A model generated the notes under the pieces. It was not told the origin of the DNA, did not search any database, and saw only the letters and a program-made list of their open reading frames with translations. A program made the translations under genes and the position numbers. A stretch of DNA of 64,000 nucleotides from Magnetovibrio sp. (GTDB lineage: Bacteria; Pseudomonadota; Alphaproteobacteria; Rhodospirillales; Magnetovibrionaceae), in NCBI GenBank assembly GCA_026196495.1, contig JAPHSY010000024.1, positions 7,604 through 71,603 on the forward strand, written 5' to 3'. Every line of letters begins with the position of its first letter. Positions within the stretch are counted from its first letter, which is position 1. Positions 54,902 to 64,000 of the stretch are shown here, in pieces.

Positions 54902-55063
54902 TTCTAACTGAAGCCTTTCGGGCAAAACGGCATATTTTGTGCTTTGTTCAGCGTAAAACTACCTTATGATGCGACTAGAGCGCTGGCGTCGGAAATAAGA
55001 TACGCTGTCGCACGGTGAGGAGCCAGTCTCTTTACACTGAAATTTAACAAGAAACGACCATTC

Positions 55064-57145
55064 ATGAGCGATCTGTTTGAGACCGATGACAATCCAAAAC
55101 CTGCCCAAAAGGCCAAAAGCGTGAGCCCGGCTGCCGCTAAGGCTGCGCCTAAAAAAGCCAAAGCCCGTCCAAAACCCGCCAATAACGATGAATATACCGC
55201 GGCCGACATCGAGGTCCTCGAAGGCCTGGAACCAGTGCGCAAACGCCCCGGTATGTATATCGGTGGTACAGATGAGCGCGCCTATCATCATTTGGCAGCG
55301 GAGATCATCGATAACTCTATGGATGAAGCGGTTGCTGGCCATGCCAGTGTTATCGAAGTCTCACTCGAGCCCGGTAATCGACTGGTCATCAAAGATAATG
55401 GCCGCGGCATCCCGGTCGACCCGCACCCCAAATTCAAAGACATATCTGCACTGGAAGTCATATTCACCACGCTTCACGCCGGTGGTAAGTTTGGCGGCGG
55501 TGCCTATGAGACATCTGGGGGTTTACACGGTGTGGGCTCATCCGTCGTCAACGCATTATCGAGTGAATTGATCGTCGAAGTTGCCAAAGATAAGACTTTG
55601 TTCCGCCAGACATATTCCCGCGGTAAACCAACCTCAAAATTGGAAAACTTAGGCGCAGTCAACAACCGTCGGGGCACCACAGTATCGTTTGTGCCCGACA
55701 CGGATATTTTTGGCACACGTGTTAATTTTCGTCCCCACACCTTATACCGTATGGTCCGCTCGAAGGCGTATCTCTATCGGGGTGTGAAAATTCGTTGGAA
55801 CTGCGACGAAAGCCTGCTCAAAGACAAGGAAGACAAAGCTGTCCCACCAAAGGCTGAGCTGCACTTCCCTGGTGGTTTGGGCGATTACGTCAAAAGCTTG
55901 CTCAACGAACGGCGCACGGTGACCCCCCTTCCCTTTGACGGCCAAGCCAACTTCCCCGAAGGCCCCGGTCGTGTGGAATGGGCCGTAGCCTGGCCTATGG
56001 ATGAAGACGGTTTTTTAAATTCTTACTGTAATACCGTCCCCACGCCACAAGGCGGCACCCATGAATCAGGCCTAAAATCAGCCCTCACCAAGGGAATTAA
56101 GGCGTATGCAGAACTGGTGGGCGACAGGCGCGCTGCCAAAATCACGGCCGACGATATGATCGGTGGTGCCTGTGTCATGCTGTCGGCCTTCATTGCCGAC
56201 CCACAATTCCAGGGCCAAACCAAAGACAAGTTGGCAACAGCAGAAGCTGCCCGTTTGGTGGAAAACGCTGTTCGTGACCGTTTTGATCACTGGCTGTCAT
56301 CGGATCCCAAGATTGCGCAAATTCTGCTCGACAACGCCGTGGAACGCGCCAATATCCGAACGCGCCGACGCTTGGAACAAGAAACCAAGCGCAAATCTGC
56401 GACCAAGAAGCTCCGCTTGCCTGGTAAATTGGCCGATTGTAGCCAAAATACGTCAGAGGGTACGGAACTGTTCATCGTTGAGGGTGACAGTGCGGGCGGG
56501 TCCGCCAAGCAGGCACGCGATCGTAAAACCCAAGCGATCTTGCCGCTTCGCGGTAAAATCTTAAACGTGGCGTCTGCCAGTGCCGACAAGCTCAAAGCCA
56601 ACCAGGAACTTTCCGATCTGGTTGAAGCCCTGGGCTGTGGCACCCGTAAAGGCTATGACGATGACGCACTGCGTTACGAAAAAATCATCATCATGACTGA
56701 TGCTGATGTTGATGGCGCACACATCGCGGCACTGTTGATGACGTTCTTCTTTAAAGAAACGCCAAAACTTATTGAAAATGGTCATCTTTATATCGCCATG
56801 CCCCCACTGTATCGCATCGCACAAGGCTCCAAGAGCATGTACGCACGCGACGATGTACACAAAGATGAACTGATGGAAAATGAGTTCAAAGGTCGCGGTA
56901 AAATCGAGATCAGCCGCTTTAAAGGTTTGGGCGAAATGCCCCCAGCCCAACTGAAAGAAACCACTATGAAACCTGATAACCGCATCTTATTGCGGGTCAC
57001 GGTGCCGTCCGGCCATGGTGAAGACGATTGGGACGATTTACACGACACCGAAATGCTGGTGGAAAGCTTGATGGGCAAGAAAGCCGAATTGCGCTATGCC
57101 TACATTCAAGAACACGCCCAGTTTGTTGAAGATATTGACGTGTAG
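55064..57145 (+). CDS. parE: DNA topoisomerase IV subunit B
   Basis: EGLEPVRKRPGMYIG, SGGLHGVG, VEGDSAGGS, PLRGKILN, IMTDADVDG, RFKGLGEM; lacks the GyrB insert. Confidence 0.93.
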   Translation: MSDLFETDDNPKPAQKAKSVSPAAAKAAPKKAKARPKPANNDEYTAADIEVLEGLEPVRKRPGMYIGGTDERAYHHLAAEIIDNSMDEAVAGHASVIEVSLEPGNRLVIKDNGRGIPVDPHPKFKDISALEVIFTTLHAGGKFGGGAYETSGGLHGVGSSVVNALSSELIVEVAKDKTLFRQTYSRGKPTSKLENLGAVNNRRGTTVSFVPDTDIFGTRVNFRPHTLYRMVRSKAYLYRGVKIRWNCDESLLKDKEDKAVPPKAELHFPGGLGDYVKSLLNERRTVTPLPFDGQANFPEGPGRVEWAVAWPMDEDGFLNSYCNTVPTPQGGTHESGLKSALTKGIKAYAELVGDRRAAKITADDMIGGACVMLSAFIADPQFQGQTKDKLATAEAARLVENAVRDRFDHWLSSDPKIAQILLDNAVERANIRTRRRLEQETKRKSATKKLRLPGKLADCSQNTSEGTELFIVEGDSAGGSAKQARDRKTQAILPLRGKILNVASASADKLKANQELSDLVEALGCGTRKGYDDDALRYEKIIIMTDADVDGAHIAALLMTFFFKETPKLIENGHLYIAMPPLYRIAQGSKSMYARDDVHKDELMENEFKGRGKIEISRFKGLGEMPPAQLKETTMKPDNRILLRVTVPSGHGEDDWDDLHDTEMLVESLMGKKAELRYAYIQEHAQFVEDIDV

Positions 57146-57151
57146 GCTTGA

Positions 57152-57703
57152 ATGTTTTCCGACATCATATTTCGCGCCATCGTGAACAATGCAGAACCCT
57201 TTGCATTGGATTTGGGAAAAAAACCGCTCTGTGTGAGTGTGCGTGCGAAGGTGATCCTCAGTTTCGTCGCATTTGCTCTGGGGAAAGGCGGATTGTTTAT
57301 ATCTAGCTTTTTACTCGCCATGTCATGGTTGGACATAGCTTACCTCCCATACGGAGTGGTATTAACGGGAATAACATTAATTGTGATGGCGTTGGGATAT
57401 ATCGCCACATTCGGTCGTGTTGAAGCCCAGTTTGATACCGCTGCCAACACCGTTAAACTAACACGCCGTTATCCGCTGTTTCGTCAACATGACACTCTGC
57501 CTTTAAGTGATTACAGGGGAATTGTTTTTGATGTCACAGAAGACGGTATGCATACATTGACTTTGTCTCATGCTCATACTGATCATTTTGACATCCCACT
57601 GCATCATTGCCGTCATGCTGAGGCACCAATGAGTGAGGCCATAAGCCTTGGAAAGGCCCTAGGTGTAGGGGTCATGCGACCTGTGACACTTTCGATGGGC
57701 TAA
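57152..57703 (+). CDS. Hypothetical two-TM membrane protein
   Basis: Follows parE closely; two hydrophobic segments then a PH-like soluble tail. Confidence 0.6.
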   Translation: MFSDIIFRAIVNNAEPFALDLGKKPLCVSVRAKVILSFVAFALGKGGLFISSFLLAMSWLDIAYLPYGVVLTGITLIVMALGYIATFGRVEAQFDTAANTVKLTRRYPLFRQHDTLPLSDYRGIVFDVTEDGMHTLTLSHAHTDHFDIPLHHCRHAEAPMSEAISLGKALGVGVMRPVTLSMG

Positions 57704-57996
57704 GCCCTTCGCCTAGTCCTAGGCTTAGCCTTATGGACCATCAATGGCAACAGTTCGACTGACTAGATACAGACAAGATCAAAAAGCCTTCTCCCTATTG
57801 TAATGAGCCGACATGCTCACCCAAAATGATTGCCCCGGCTATCGCAGCAAAGACTGTTTCAGCACTGAGGATCATGAAAGCATCAGCCGCAGGTGTGTGG
57901 CGTTGTCCTATCACCTGAAAGGTGAAACTGGCACCAACCGACATAACCTCGGGAACCTTGCTTTTGTTTTTTTACAAGCCATCGCTCTATCTCCTT

Positions 57997-58188
57997 TTAC
58001 GCAGCAGGAGGGCAACCCACTCGAATGTCGGCGGTCCTGTAATTTCCTGCAATGAGTGACCGCGCGTGGCTGATCATCTTCTGACTTTCCATAGTGCGAA
58101 TGGTGAAGATATGCTTTCCGGCTCTTTGCGTATGGGTCACAAAATTGTGCAAACCATAGGTGATTAAAAAGTTGTGTTCGGTATCCAT
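57997..58188 (-). CDS. Small hypothetical protein (63 aa)
   Basis: AGGA RBS; MDTEHNFLITYGLHNFVTH...; protein-like composition. Confidence 0.55.
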   Translation of the reverse strand: MDTEHNFLITYGLHNFVTHTQRAGKHIFTIRTMESQKMISHARSLIAGNYRTADIRVGCPPAA

Positions 58189-58332
58189 GGGGTTTCCTTA
58201 AATATCAGCTTCAACAACGAGTGCTACCAGGCATTGCCGAGCGCGTTATTAGCTGTGGTTTTAAATTGCCAAGAAGCATATCCAGCCATACAACTGGGTG
58301 CTCAGTCTTCAGACGACGGCGTTAAATTGCAG

Positions 58333-58506
58333 TCACTCGGCAGTGTATGATGTCAGGTTTTGACCGTCGTTATGCTCGGACGGTTCGGATTGCCCGGATT
58401 TATTCTCACGGGCTTCCTTTTTTTCAGCAGTACGCTTGGCCTTCTTTTCGGCTTTCAGCCGTTCACGTTCTCTGCGTTCAAAATCGTAATTGGGCTTTCT
58501 AGCCAT
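58333..58506 (-). CDS. Small basic protein (MARKPNYDFERRERE...)
   Basis: K/R/E-rich helix typical of small proteins found next to cold-shock genes. Confidence 0.65.
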   Translation of the reverse strand: MARKPNYDFERRERERLKAEKKAKRTAEKKEARENKSGQSEPSEHNDGQNLTSYTAE

Positions 58507-58592
58507 TGCCATCCTTGTCAGCAACTTCTTAAACTTGACGATGACAAACTGCAGCCACCCCCAACAAAAGCTGGAGGTGGCGCAAAGCTCGT

Positions 58593-58802
58593 TTAGTCGA
58601 TGAGCTTAAGATCTTCAGCAGAAGATTTGCCGTTGTTGCCGGCTTGAATTTCATAAGAGATTTTCTGACCTTCGTTCAACGTGCCCAATCCAGCGCGTTC
58701 AACTGCAGAAATGTGAACAAAAGCATCGCTTGCGCCATCCTCTGGCTCAATGAAGCCAAAACCTTTGGTCGGGTTAAACCATTTTACTGTACCAGTAGCC
58801 AT
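58593..58802 (-). CDS. cspA: Cold-shock protein
   Basis: MATGTVKWFNPTKGFGFI (RNP1), AFVHISAVE (RNP2); AAGGA RBS. Confidence 0.95.
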   Translation of the reverse strand: MATGTVKWFNPTKGFGFIEPEDGASDAFVHISAVERAGLGTLNEGQKISYEIQAGNNGKSSAEDLKLID

Positions 58803-59313
58803 TGTTATTTTCCTTTTAACAAATGTCATAATTTCGCACCTCACACCATGTGGTGGCGCGGTCTATTTAACGGTCACATTGTCAGGGAATAACTAAGCTA
58901 AGCAGCGTACCGATTATTTAGGCAAGCCAAAACATATGTAAAACGTATGGGGGATAAGTGGGCTAATCGTATAAAAAGTCAATGGCCTGTATATCATCGA
59001 GCACTTTGCCCCACTCCCCTGGCAAAGCCTATAAGTAAAGTGCGGGGGTTATGGATGGGAATAACTATGAATTAAAACAACGCCATGTGACATTATTTAT
59101 TCAAATTAATTTCCTAAAAGTTGGAAAAATTATTTCAGTAATATTTTTTATTTATTTCCATAAGAATTGGCGATGTGAACTATTAATTTATGAATTGTGG
59201 TTTTTTTGTTGATGACGCATTGCCATGTGCTATGGAAAACTCGGTGCGAATTTCCTGATCATGGTCAAGCACACCGCTGTCCGCATTTGGTTGCGATCAA
59301 CTGAGCCCACGGC

Positions 59314-60969
59314 CTAGACTTCTGGGGCGACGGGAAAACGCACCCAGAATGTCGTGCCTTTATCCAACTCGGATTCAACCCCAATTTCACCTTTCATCAA
59401 ATTCACTAAGTCTTGGGTGATAATCAGACCGATGCCGGTTCCTTCAATATTGGTGTTTTCTTGCCCGAGACGTGAAAATGGGGTGAAGAGATTTTCCAGC
59501 CCCTCTTCTGACATGCCTATACCGGTATCCGTAACCGAAATCGTGACATACTCACCATCATGGCTGGCCTGAACGGTTACAGAACCTCCATCGACGTTGT
59601 ATTTAACAGCATTTGTAAGAAGATTGAGCAATACTTGCTTGGTCGATTTTAAGTCAACGAGAATATTGGGGCAATCGTTGTGCAAAGCGGGGGGGGAAAG
59701 TGTAACATTTGCTTTTTCCGCCTGAGATTGAACCAAAGGAAGCGTTTCATAAAACAGCTCCACAACATCTAAGGGTTCAATATCAAGTGTCATATGACCT
59801 GATTCAATCTTGGCCAATTCCAAAATTTCATTAATCAGTGCCAACAAGTGATTTCCACCTGTCTTAATGTGCCCCAGCGATTCCAGTTGGTCAGCATCCA
59901 TCGGTTTTTTGGGATCACTTTCCAGAAATTGTGCAAATCCCAAAATAGCATTGAGTGGGGTTCGCAATTCGTGGCTCATGGATGAAAGGAATTGAGATTT
60001 GGCAAGATTTGCGCTTTCCGCTTGGTGTTTTGCTTTTTCCAAAGCTACCTCTGCGGTTTTGTTGTGCGTAACGTCTTCATAAATCCCTAAAACACCAATT
60101 ACATCCCCCTCCGCATTGCGCAGGGGTGCTTTTGATTTTTTTAACCAAACGTCATTTCCATCACTGTCTTTGAATTTCTCTTCAAATCCCAGCTTAGGTA
60201 TACCGGACTCCATAATCTCAACATCAGAAGCACGATATTCATCGGCTCGATCATGCCAACTCAGTTCGTAATCCGTTTTACCAATAACTTGGTCTGGGTT
60301 ATCTACTCCTGCATCCGTGGCAAACAGTTTATTGCTACCTAAGATGACTGAATCTTTGTCTTTCCAAAAAATCCGCATAGGGATCGTGTCCAAGACCGTT
60401 TGCAGCATAGTATTAAGTTCTGTAAGCCGCATCTCACTGGCAAAAAGATCTCTTTGCGCTTGTAGCGTTTGCTCAGCCTGTTTGTTGAGCTCGCTGGTTC
60501 TTTCAGAAACATTACGTTCAAGCTTTGCCTCAGATTTTTTTAAATCTGTAACATCGTTAAAGACCCACAGGATGCTATTTTCAGAATCGTAGGTTATTTC
60601 ATCACAATTCGCTGTAAAGGTCAGCGTTTCACCAGCAAAAGTCTTAAGTTGTAGTTCGTAATTATGCAGTTTCCCATTGTTACTATGGATCGCATCAATA
60701 CAACGTTTCCTATCTTCAATGCTTGGCCATATACCCAATTCGAGGGCTGTTTTGCCAATAACATTTTCACGTGCAAAGCCTAAGGTCTCCAGGCAGGCCT
60801 CATTTACCGCAAATATTTTACTGTCCACTAACTTCGTAATGGCCATCATCGCGGGACTTGCTTCGAAGATCTTAAAAAAACGATCTTCACTGGCAGCAAG
60901 TTCGGCACTTATTTCTGCGTAAGTATCTGGAGACGGCTCCATGGGGGATTTATCAACCTGTGTTTTCAA
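59314..60969 (-). CDS. Cytoplasmic PAS-PAS sensor histidine kinase
   Basis: Two PAS/PAC domains; [19 protein letters not shown]; NLLTNAVKYN; DTGIGM; GTGIGL. Confidence 0.92.
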   Translation of the reverse strand: MKTQVDKSPMEPSPDTYAEISAELAASEDRFFKIFEASPAMMAITKLVDSKIFAVNEACLETLGFARENVIGKTALELGIWPSIEDRKRCIDAIHSNNGKLHNYELQLKTFAGETLTFTANCDEITYDSENSILWVFNDVTDLKKSEAKLERNVSERTSELNKQAEQTLQAQRDLFASEMRLTELNTMLQTVLDTIPMRIFWKDKDSVILGSNKLFATDAGVDNPDQVIGKTDYELSWHDRADEYRASDVEIMESGIPKLGFEEKFKDSDGNDVWLKKSKAPLRNAEGDVIGVLGIYEDVTHNKTAEVALEKAKHQAESANLAKSQFLSSMSHELRTPLNAILGFAQFLESDPKKPMDADQLESLGHIKTGGNHLLALINEILELAKIESGHMTLDIEPLDVVELFYETLPLVQSQAEKANVTLSPPALHNDCPNILVDLKSTKQVLLNLLTNAVKYNVDGGSVTVQASHDGEYVTISVTDTGIGMSEEGLENLFTPFSRLGQENTNIEGTGIGLIITQDLVNLMKGEIGVESELDKGTTFWVRFPVAPEV

Positions 60970-61057
60970 ATAGTGTCTATTTGTAACACATTATCATGTT
61001 TGAACACCTACGAAAGTCATCTTGCATTTCGCAGTAAAACAGCATTGTCCGGCGTTG

Positions 61058-62005
61058 TTAAAGCCCTGCCATTTCATCGAACCCAAACATGATGTTCAGG
61101 TTCTGCACACACGATCCAGATGCACCCTTGCCCAAGTTATCCAGCTGAGCCATGACCACAGCTTGTTCCTCATCTTCATTGGCAAAGACAAACAACCGCA
61201 ACTCATTGGTTCCATTGGCATCTTCGGGTTGAAGCTGCCCCATTTCAGAACTGGTTGCGAGATCAGCGACCTTTACATAGTTACAGCCCGCATAGTGTGA
61301 CGCCAACACGCCATGAACATCTTTAACAGATGGCGCTGTCGGCAAATCCCACAATTGCAAGGGCACCTGTACGATCATGCCTTGTGCAAAGCGGCCAACA
61401 CTGGGCACAAACAAAGGCCGTTTGGTCAAAAGCCCATGCTTTTGAATTTCCGGTACGTGCTTATGCTGCAGGCTCAAACCATAAGCAAAATATGGCGCTT
61501 CCGTATAATTGTCTGCTGTTTGGTCTTCAAAGCTTGCAATCAACTGTTTACCACCACCGGAATATCCAGAAATGGCATTGATGGTGACGCCATGGTCTGC
61601 TGGCAACACACCAGAACTAACCAATGGATTGAGAACCGAAATTGATGCAACAGCATAGCATCCTGGATTACTGACCCGTTTGGAGTTCGCAATAACAGAT
61701 GCTTGATCGCTGTTGAGTTCTGGGAACCCATAAGCCCAGTTTTTATCAACGCGATAGGCCGTGCTAGCATCGATAACCTTCACGTGATTATTTTCAATCA
61801 TGGAAACGGCCTCACGTGCAGCATCATCTGGCAGACATAATATTGCCAAATCAACACTGTTGAGCATGTCGCGACGCGCACCAGCATCCTTACGATTTTT
61901 CTCCGAAAGGCTGATGATTTCAATGTCGCTCCGGTCCTTCAACCGAGCCCGGATTTGAAGGCCCGTTGTGCCAACTTCTCCGTCAATAAATACACGCGCG
62001 CTCAT
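61058..62005 (-). CDS. argC: N-acetyl-gamma-glutamyl-phosphate reductase (short type)
   Basis: VFIDGEVGTTGLQI, LCLPDDAA, IDASTAYR, SNPGCYA, LDNLGKGASG. Confidence 0.95.
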   Translation of the reverse strand: MSARVFIDGEVGTTGLQIRARLKDRSDIEIISLSEKNRKDAGARRDMLNSVDLAILCLPDDAAREAVSMIENNHVKVIDASTAYRVDKNWAYGFPELNSDQASVIANSKRVSNPGCYAVASISVLNPLVSSGVLPADHGVTINAISGYSGGGKQLIASFEDQTADNYTEAPYFAYGLSLQHKHVPEIQKHGLLTKRPLFVPSVGRFAQGMIVQVPLQLWDLPTAPSVKDVHGVLASHYAGCNYVKVADLATSSEMGQLQPEDANGTNELRLFVFANEDEEQAVVMAQLDNLGKGASGSCVQNLNIMFGFDEMAGL

Positions 62006-62282
62006 AGTCTCATTTCCACTGTTCTTGCTTAACACCCAATGTGTTGAAGAATGCTTTGATTATAGGACTAAATACGATTTCGCAATGACTACTTCGTGTT
62101 TCTATCCCGCTGACCATACAGCCCCATATATGATGGAAGTTGCAATGAATGATTATAATGTGATGATTTAATATATTTCTCTAGAAATTGGAGAATTGAG
62201 ATAGCATATGCAGACTAGGTTAGCGTACTGTGATAAGAAACTTTGTGGGCAAGGGAATCTGGAATAACTATCAGGGGGGATT

Positions 62283-63335
62283 ATGAAAATTCTAAATAAG
62301 GCATACTTATCCAACAACCATATACAACTGATGGTAACCTCTATATGTCTGTCCGTTTTCCTTCAGTTATGCCTTATTGCTCTTAGCCCAAATGCATCAG
62401 CCAATGAAGGCCTTTTGGGTGGGCGCGCATTTTCACCACCTTCCGATATTATCCCTATGGGAAAAGATTGGGAAAGCCAGCCCATCAAGCACTCCGTTAA
62501 TACAGAGGTAGACTTGGCAGTGGCCCTTGACCAACAGCTTTATCCGGCCGTGGGGCCAATGATAGAGACATTTGCCAAGGAGCGTGGCGTCAAAATTGCG
62601 ATCCAAGATGGGACTTGTGGTACATCTGCAGGTTTGTTGGCTCAAAAATCTGCTGATATGGGAGGATTTTGCTGCCCTCCTGGTGTTACAGACCGACTAC
62701 CTGGTTTGAAATACCACACCATTGGCATTGGCGCTTTGGCACTGATTGCAAATCCCCAAAACACCCTCAGTAATGTATCGATTGATGAAGCACGGGCTTT
62801 GTTTGGCAATGATATTCGTGATTGGAGTGAGTTGCCCATGAGTGGATTTAAGTCCAGTGCCCAATCGCAAGTTCGTGCCTTTGCACGATTGCACTGCAAA
62901 GTTCGTCCAGGACATTGGCGATTGATATTGGACACAGAACAACAATTTGGTTGGAATATCACAGAGGTGTCAGCCATCAAGGATATGGTTCAACAAGTTT
63001 CCGTTACACCAGGTGCCTTAGGCTATGAAACGCTATGGCATATTGATCGTTTGGCCAAAGAGGAAAGCACAGGGGTAAAAACGTTGGATGTGAATGGGGC
63101 TTCACCTCACGATCGTGAGGCGGTTGCCAACGGCAAATACCCCTTGTATCGCGTGTTTAACATTACCAGCTGGCAAAGCAACAACAACCAAAGTGACTTA
63201 AATGATGAGTTGGTTGAATACCTGATCGCGAATGCTCATAAAATTAAAGAAGAGTTTGCCATTATCCCCGCAGAACAGCTGCGTAAACATGGGTGGAAGT
63301 TTCACGACAATGAACTTGTCGGTGAACCAAACTAA
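62283..63335 (+). CDS. PstS-like periplasmic solute-binding protein with a Cys cluster
   Basis: Signal peptide (..ASA/NE); ALALIANP.N.L.NVSIDEARALF; YPLYR.FN; Cys in GTCG, GFCCPPG, LHC. Confidence 0.7.
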   Translation: MKILNKAYLSNNHIQLMVTSICLSVFLQLCLIALSPNASANEGLLGGRAFSPPSDIIPMGKDWESQPIKHSVNTEVDLAVALDQQLYPAVGPMIETFAKERGVKIAIQDGTCGTSAGLLAQKSADMGGFCCPPGVTDRLPGLKYHTIGIGALALIANPQNTLSNVSIDEARALFGNDIRDWSELPMSGFKSSAQSQVRAFARLHCKVRPGHWRLILDTEQQFGWNITEVSAIKDMVQQVSVTPGALGYETLWHIDRLAKEESTGVKTLDVNGASPHDREAVANGKYPLYRVFNITSWQSNNNQSDLNDELVEYLIANAHKIKEEFAIIPAEQLRKHGWKFHDNELVGEPN

Positions 63336-63370
63336 GACCAAAGACCTTAAGAGGGGCTGATCGCAATAAC

Positions 63371-64000
63371 GTGTTCAAATTTGCAACCCGTACGACCTTA
63401 ACGTTACGCATACTGCTGATGGCTTTTGCCATGGCGGTCGCGTTATGGTATGCGCTGGATAAATATCAAACACAGTCACTGACCAACATCTACGAAGCAG
63501 ATTTTACAGCGCGCCTGAAAGATCAGGCTCAACGTGACCGCATGCGTTTTAATGATGCCGTACGCCAGCAGTTCATGACCGTGCATTTAATTGCTGGACA
63601 AGCAAAAACCCAAAGCGCGGTCAAGCAAATGCGCAATGCCATAGAAAATTGGGACAGCACCCGGGCAAATATCCCCTTCCCCCAGGACAATTCACCAACT
63701 TGGTTGCCTGATCGCGCAATGTTGCGCAATCAGCAAACTCCAGATCATTTAATGTTGCTTGATAGCAATTATCGCATACGCAAGCATTTTAGTCCTAAAC
63801 GTTTAATGCTTCCTGACGAGTATATGAAGCCAACAAGCTTGTTAGTTCAAAAGAGCTTGCGCCAAACCTTGATGACCGAAGTTGCAGGCATTCCGTACTT
63901 GGTATCAACAGCGACAATCCGCGATATTGATAAAGATAAAATCCTCGGTTTTGTCATGGGCGTGTCAGCCATTAATTCTGAATTCCTTATCTCAAGTCAA
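63371..64000 (+). CDS. Membrane sensor protein N-terminus (probably kinase or cyclase); runs off the window end
   Basis: Not in the ORF track. Open frame from GTG 63371 to 64000: VFKFATRTTLTLRILLMAFAMAVALWYALDKYQ... (TM then periplasmic domain). Confidence 0.65.
   Translation, partial: MFKFATRTTLTLRILLMAFAMAVALWYALDKYQTQSLTNIYEADFTARLKDQAQRDRMRFNDAVRQQFMTVHLIAGQAKTQSAVKQMRNAIENWDSTRANIPFPQDNSPTWLPDRAMLRNQQTPDHLMLLDSNYRIRKHFSPKRLMLPDEYMKPTSLLVQKSLRQTLMTEVAGIPYLVSTATIRDIDKDKILGFVMGVSAINSEFLISSQ

Overview
A 64-kb chromosomal core/accessory segment of a chemolithoautotrophic alphaproteobacterium. Rhodospirillales-like affiliation is inferred from GTTC-N7-GTTC LexA boxes, a SAM-II riboswitch, short-type argC, a stand-alone parE and a tRNA-His that keeps G-1:C73. 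Carbon fixation: form II RuBisCO cbbM-cbbQ-cbbO with divergent cbbR, rpe, a separate glpX-prk-tkt-fba operon and a second phosphoribulokinase of a different class. Energy metabolism: flavocytochrome c sulfide dehydrogenase fccAB followed by a NapC/NirT tetraheme and an internally duplicated tetraheme cytochrome, and an Isp-type (group 1e) [NiFe]-hydrogenase cassette lying between mobB and mobA. Also present: glnB-glnA with NtrC/sigma54 signals, a sulfite reductase-cysH-cysC operon, transporters, three orphan histidine kinases, parE, a cold-shock gene and argC. No CRISPR array, integrase, transposase or rRNA was seen. The main signals absent from the ORF track are: (1) a SAM-II riboswitch followed by a 32-codon Met/Cys-rich leader ORF ahead of the sulfur-assimilation operon; (2) tandem LexA boxes upstream of a 31-aa hydrophobic peptide reminiscent of Caulobacter SidA; (3) a recurring GGGTAGG motif upstream of an atypical LuxR-family regulator lacking the phospho-Asp and upstream of the CBB regeneration genes; (4) a structured leader upstream of rpe. 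Start codons were adjusted by eye to RBS-supported positions. Family assignments rest on remembered motifs, not database searches.
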